A program made the position numbers and the translations under genes. Source: Nemertoderma westbladi (lineage: Eukaryota > Animalia > Xenacoelomorpha). From it: a DNA stretch of 64,000 bases. The DNA lies in assembly GCA_032718475.1 (NCBI GenBank), contig JAUCBJ010006851.1, forward strand, positions 1 through 64,000. The letters run 5' to 3'. The notes below the pieces were generated by a model. That model did not search any database, was not told the DNA's origin, and worked only from the letters and a program-made list of their open reading frames with translations. Below, piece by piece: positions 62,301-64,000 of the stretch; position 1 is the first letter of the stretch; every line of letters starts with the position of its first letter.

Positions 62301-64000
62301 TAGCGTTCTTTATCTCGTCAGCCAGTTTTAATAAGTCGACGGGTTTAGTGATAGCCCCTCCCTTACAGAGTTCCTCTATCACTGACCTGGCCATGCTGAC
62401 TGTACCTCCGTATATCGAAGTTAAACGATCGTACGCTAGTTCGAAAGCGTCCGGTACACCAACGAAGGTCTCCGCCAAACGTTTAGGTTCTCCTGACAAC
62501 GTTTGAAGCAGGTAATTAAACTTCTCCCGTGATGTAAAGGCGCACACGGCGATCTGAGATTCGATATAGTCTACGAAAGTGTGCCAGTGTTTTGAGCTAC
62601 TGGAAAACTTCGGTGGTTGTTGTACCGGCAATCCTTGTCTGGCTGCGAATTTCGCTATCTCCTCGGCCACGTTCAAAGTTTCGCGTCCTTGGTTGGCAAT
62701 CGAGTTGATGTTCTCTCGTCTTGGCGCTTTTCCTTGATACGAGGTGTTTCTCGAAGGTATTGGTCTTTGCGGATCCTTCGGGTGGCTATTGTGTTCAAAT
62801 TCGGTGTTCCTCGAACTATCGGTTTCAACTTCCTCCAAGCGTTCCTCAATCTGGGCCAACTTATTGACAACTGGTCGCAGAATGTCGGCGAATTGTTGTG
62901 TACTGATCGCGTCTGTTGGTTGTAACGCCTTTTGTGTTGGTGTATTCTGTGGAGGATTGTCGATAAATGAATTATCCGAACGCTCACGTTTACATTTGTC
63001 GGCCGCTCCTGTTCTAAATACCTCGCATTCCGGGTAATCCGACTCGCTCGAAGTACTACTGTCACCTGGATACGGTGGTCGACGTGCTCGAGTCCGTTGC
63101 GCCGTTCGAATCCTAACATTCCGTTTTGGAACATCGTCTACTGGTTTCCGTTGTTCGGTAGGCTCGCAGGTCTTCCTCGAAGTCGTAGATTGCGATGTAA
63201 ACTGATTAAACGGTCGCGTATCCACTGGTCTCCGTTGCTCGGTAGGCTCGCAGGTCTTCCTCGAAGTCGTAGATTGCGATGTAAACTGATTAAACGGTCG
63301 CGTATCCACTGGTCTCCGTTGCTCGGTAGGCTCACAAGTCTTCCTCGAAGTCGTAGATTGCGATGTAAACTGATTAAACGGTCGCGTATCCACTGGTCTC
63401 CGTTGCTCGGTAGGCTCACAAGTCTTCCTCGAAGTCGTAGATTGCGATGTAAACTGAACCGGTGGTCGAGTGACAGCGTTTGAATCTAAAGGCCTTGTAG
63501 GCCTAAACGTCATTGGGTAAGCGTAGTGTGTAACGGGTTTAGGTGTCGACGGTGGACTCACCTGTTTAGTCGTCAGTAATACAGGTTCGACTAATAAACT
63601 ACTACGATCTGTAATCAGCGGGTTACTTACCTTGACTTTCGGAATAGGCGATGACGTTGCTCTTGGCGGTGTAAACTTGTCCGGAATAACAAACCTGTGT
63701 TCCGTCGCACCATGGATAGGAGAAATATTACTACTACCAGCAATCGAAACAGGTTCCTTTGTCGTAACCGGTGCAAACATAGGAGTTACTTTAGGAAATC
63801 TTTGACATAAGTCTTTAACTAATTGTCGTTCTCGTCCAGGTGCTCCTATCGAACCTTCCTTCATTCGTTCCTGAATTTGGCGGTGCCTTACCTCTATCTG
63901 GTCTAAATCATGTCCGTCTCGAGATCTCATCGATCGATCGCGGGCTTGTAGATCCAGATCTTCCTTGGCGTTGGCTAATTCTCTCGCCTTCTTCTCGAGT
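56365..64000 (-). CDS. gag-pol: E3 gag-pol polyprotein (>2521 aa, open to the window edge)
   Basis: Motifs CWRCTRHGHVRKDC, ILDSAS, YVDD, HCFSDAS and GIDCFGP/SDQGTNF/WERLI. The frame stays open upstream of 63930. Confidence 0.96.
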   Translation of the reverse strand, partial: LEKKARELANAKEDLDLQARDRSMRSRDGHDLDQIEVRHRQIQERMKEGSIGAPGRERQLVKDLCQRFPKVTPMFAPVTTKEPVSIAGSSNISPIHGATEHRFVIPDKFTPPRATSSPIPKVKVSNPLITDRSSLLVEPVLLTTKQVSPPSTPKPVTHYAYPMTFRPTRPLDSNAVTRPPVQFTSQSTTSRKTCEPTEQRRPVDTRPFNQFTSQSTTSRKTCEPTEQRRPVDTRPFNQFTSQSTTSRKTCEPTEQRRPVDTRPFNQFTSQSTTSRKTCEPTEQRKPVDDVPKRNVRIRTAQRTRARRPPYPGDSSTSSESDYPECEVFRTGAADKCKRERSDNSFIDNPPQNTPTQKALQPTDAISTQQFADILRPVVNKLAQIEERLEEVETDSSRNTEFEHNSHPKDPQRPIPSRNTSYQGKAPRRENINSIANQGRETLNVAEEIAKFAARQGLPVQQPPKFSSSSKHWHTFVDYIESQIAVCAFTSREKFNYLLQTLSGEPKRLAETFVGVPDAFELAYDRLTSIYGGTVSMARSVIEELCKGGAITKPVDLLKLADEIKNAITTLRSIGQLDYGNTPTVLLKIIGRLHHRLRREWRKIEYQREERGGFLKLEDVYLLISREAVVETRSNYTDQHIVAEGITLPSSNRQKPQTTSTKTATYATPTESRQFSDGSRVSAPIGTKQTRQQLSTDFSGCQYCEHLGKRFIGHKLRGCRQFRELNSEERRLQIRPLDSCWRCTRHGHVRKDCPNTDTCPSCGRNHDGLLHTDSHTPTKRFAREQPEAAARCNAAYKNRESKTTPTFVTHIKDCFSEQSGSSDEESEDDDVYSDGDEQPSIALLTTDQLKGFSVIPMKITGTKGSKRIYAILDSASSHSYVDEQIADVVTDLRQGKRVSYTVSSMHGQRAIPVTRVKLNLDTLLPKSQHSEKERSLLPFKDLTFAATKDFSNLLGPVPEQSLEDRKYFRHLGVPECPVNYRSVAMLIGTDQFNLHQVWKTRPSAIVAGNAYACRTPIGWYTRAPVRTLDISDEEDDVQSTCSLLTTNSIHSFSHDVDHTTLHTKHDRRVTSMISHKEQLIHQVSLELGEKTSQLEIPSTTDDNAGRLASLPTPITSTMPVDIDDEALRNHQVEQAALDKELTEKTIRWLEQDTAEPGSYEPCMSEQEKQSLKIMEDTIRQTKDGHYEVGMLWRSQSPKLINNYPLALRRLHSIRQRLLKDEKAHLQYNTQMETYLTKGYAIRMTNPEIVTNQTYYLPHHYVRHLDKPDKVRVVNDCAALFEGMSLNSELMDGPNMNNYLMGVIMRFRQRQVAFTCDVEAMFHQVRALEQDRDSLRFLWYPEGDLSLPPATYQMQVRVFGARDSPNCTMYALKQAARDQKHMYDPEIIRIVERDFYVDDGLQSCDTVERATTVAHQLRDCLAGGGFNLTKFASNSAELVDSFGTTERGDGDIDLEFEPLPTTKVLGLFWDPNTDNFRVKVRLDSQENTLTKRSCLSKLSRLFDPLGFISPIILQARIYMRSIWKDGLTWDEPISSDQVDLWKTWEAELSSLEDYSIPRVYFPLQTTFPDNLELHCFSDASDNGFGVAAYLRRQVDSEEFDVSLITSKAKTMPTKYMTTPRAELQAATLSTTIVNLIQTELQSSLQIFYWTDATLVLFYINNDTLEFKTFVANRRAEILDRSIKEDWRHCPGPQNPADIASRGMMPEEFCKPENKEFWQHGPQFLQKSTQDWPPLYDNKSNTIPKDAEIKKPKKGKAKKKTLAAKLKKKPKAKWKDITSKVKRGRLASLSTPDISPDGQPDTLLDSQPDILPDMSQNVLPDASNILTNSKAAVSLLERPSIDKQPDTLPDVSPDTLLDGQPDVLPDTSLDISPDVPRNILPDMSHNVLPDTSNIPTNSEAAVSLLERPCIDKLPILTHLSNHKHGETSCITDVGSTYANVNTGVTLRSRDIPNLQPMVKPGINVGRKLSLPKPSDPIEFKPPLTIDLQSTDNQGKKTKKDKLLVDPDGSTVNKGIPTGGPVGPSSKSKPSKISIDLPDDVTNTYVDRIVNLTDSWTNACRKLAWIVRFVQYVKGKRDFTRRLTLAEIDRCEIKLICHYQLRYFAREFTSINQGQPIKSSPILSWSPIIYNGLICHKSRLQNIDFNTNFRYPIIIPQHHELQRAMILDAHLHLKHAGRHHCLSYLRTRFVLIRPSKALSSVTRTCIICKKVHSRIGTQEMSELPQARLQAFRPPFTETGIDCFGPIHTKRGRILVKRWGLIFTCMSSRAVHIERVMDLSTNAFILALRQFIARRGLVKCLYSDQGTNFVGARNEIARAFKKLDHDQISNELQPHKIVWKFNPPDSPWRGGVWERLIRSIKTAMAKVIPVNHILTDDQLTTLFVEIEAILLNTRPIVLVPDDKQSQFALTPAHLLMQAPTTLTPISIPIESDSYGRKAWKITQLLANKFWEIWQNHYLPSISARTTWYNNTRALKPGDHVLLAEVNLKRRFWITGVILDTHPSMDGVTRTVTVRTIDGRTVDRPTQRLVLLEETRNESGDYKSPPNTSK
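63135..63457. repeat. 84-bp (28-aa) coding tandem repeat x4 in the E3 gag N-terminus
   Basis: PVDTRPFNQFTSQSTTSRKTCEPTEQRR is repeated. Confidence 0.95.

Larger units (their letters stand above)
51328..64000 (-). mobile_element. E3: BEL/Pao LTR retrotransposon with an extra 3' ORF, 5' part outside the window
   Basis: Uninterrupted gag-pol, ORF3, a GGAGCGG PPT at 53183-53189 and an LTR-like region downstream. The left boundary is inferred. Confidence 0.9.

Noticed and set aside
56807-63483. Many short plus-strand ORFs opposite gag-pol (also in E1, E2 and E5)
   Set aside because: Antisense shadows of coding sequence with no recognisable motifs.

Overview
AT-rich eukaryotic (animal-like) DNA dominated by a nested cluster of LTR retrotransposons, all on the minus strand. 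They appear to lie in introns of a plus-strand gene, seen as a signal-peptide exon (9062-9239) and a calcium-binding EGF exon (29939-30079). The elements are a full-length BEL/Pao (E1, 10945-26853), a second BEL/Pao (E2, 32111-44115), a Ty3/Gypsy Mag-like element (E5, 45552-51096) and a third BEL/Pao (E3, about 51328 to beyond the window end) with an intact gag-pol. An older gag-only BEL remnant (E4) hosts E2, E5, a TTAA MITE and probably E3. Several minisatellites and Helentron-like repeats are also present. Main findings: (1) E1 and E3 carry homologous extra ORFs downstream of integrase, encoding a triple-CCHC, basic-tailed protein that is not env-like. (2) A ~160-nt RNA module with structure-compatible substitutions lies just upstream of that ORF in E1 and also in the leader of the unrelated Gypsy element, in both cases before the first downstream AUG, so it is a candidate IRES-like module shared across LTR superfamilies. 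(3) A 20-nt YGYG-tetraloop hairpin motif is dispersed nine times along E3. (4) A tRNA-like Pol III unit sits in the putative E3 LTR. All alignments and folds were done by eye and no database search was possible, so novelty is unverified.
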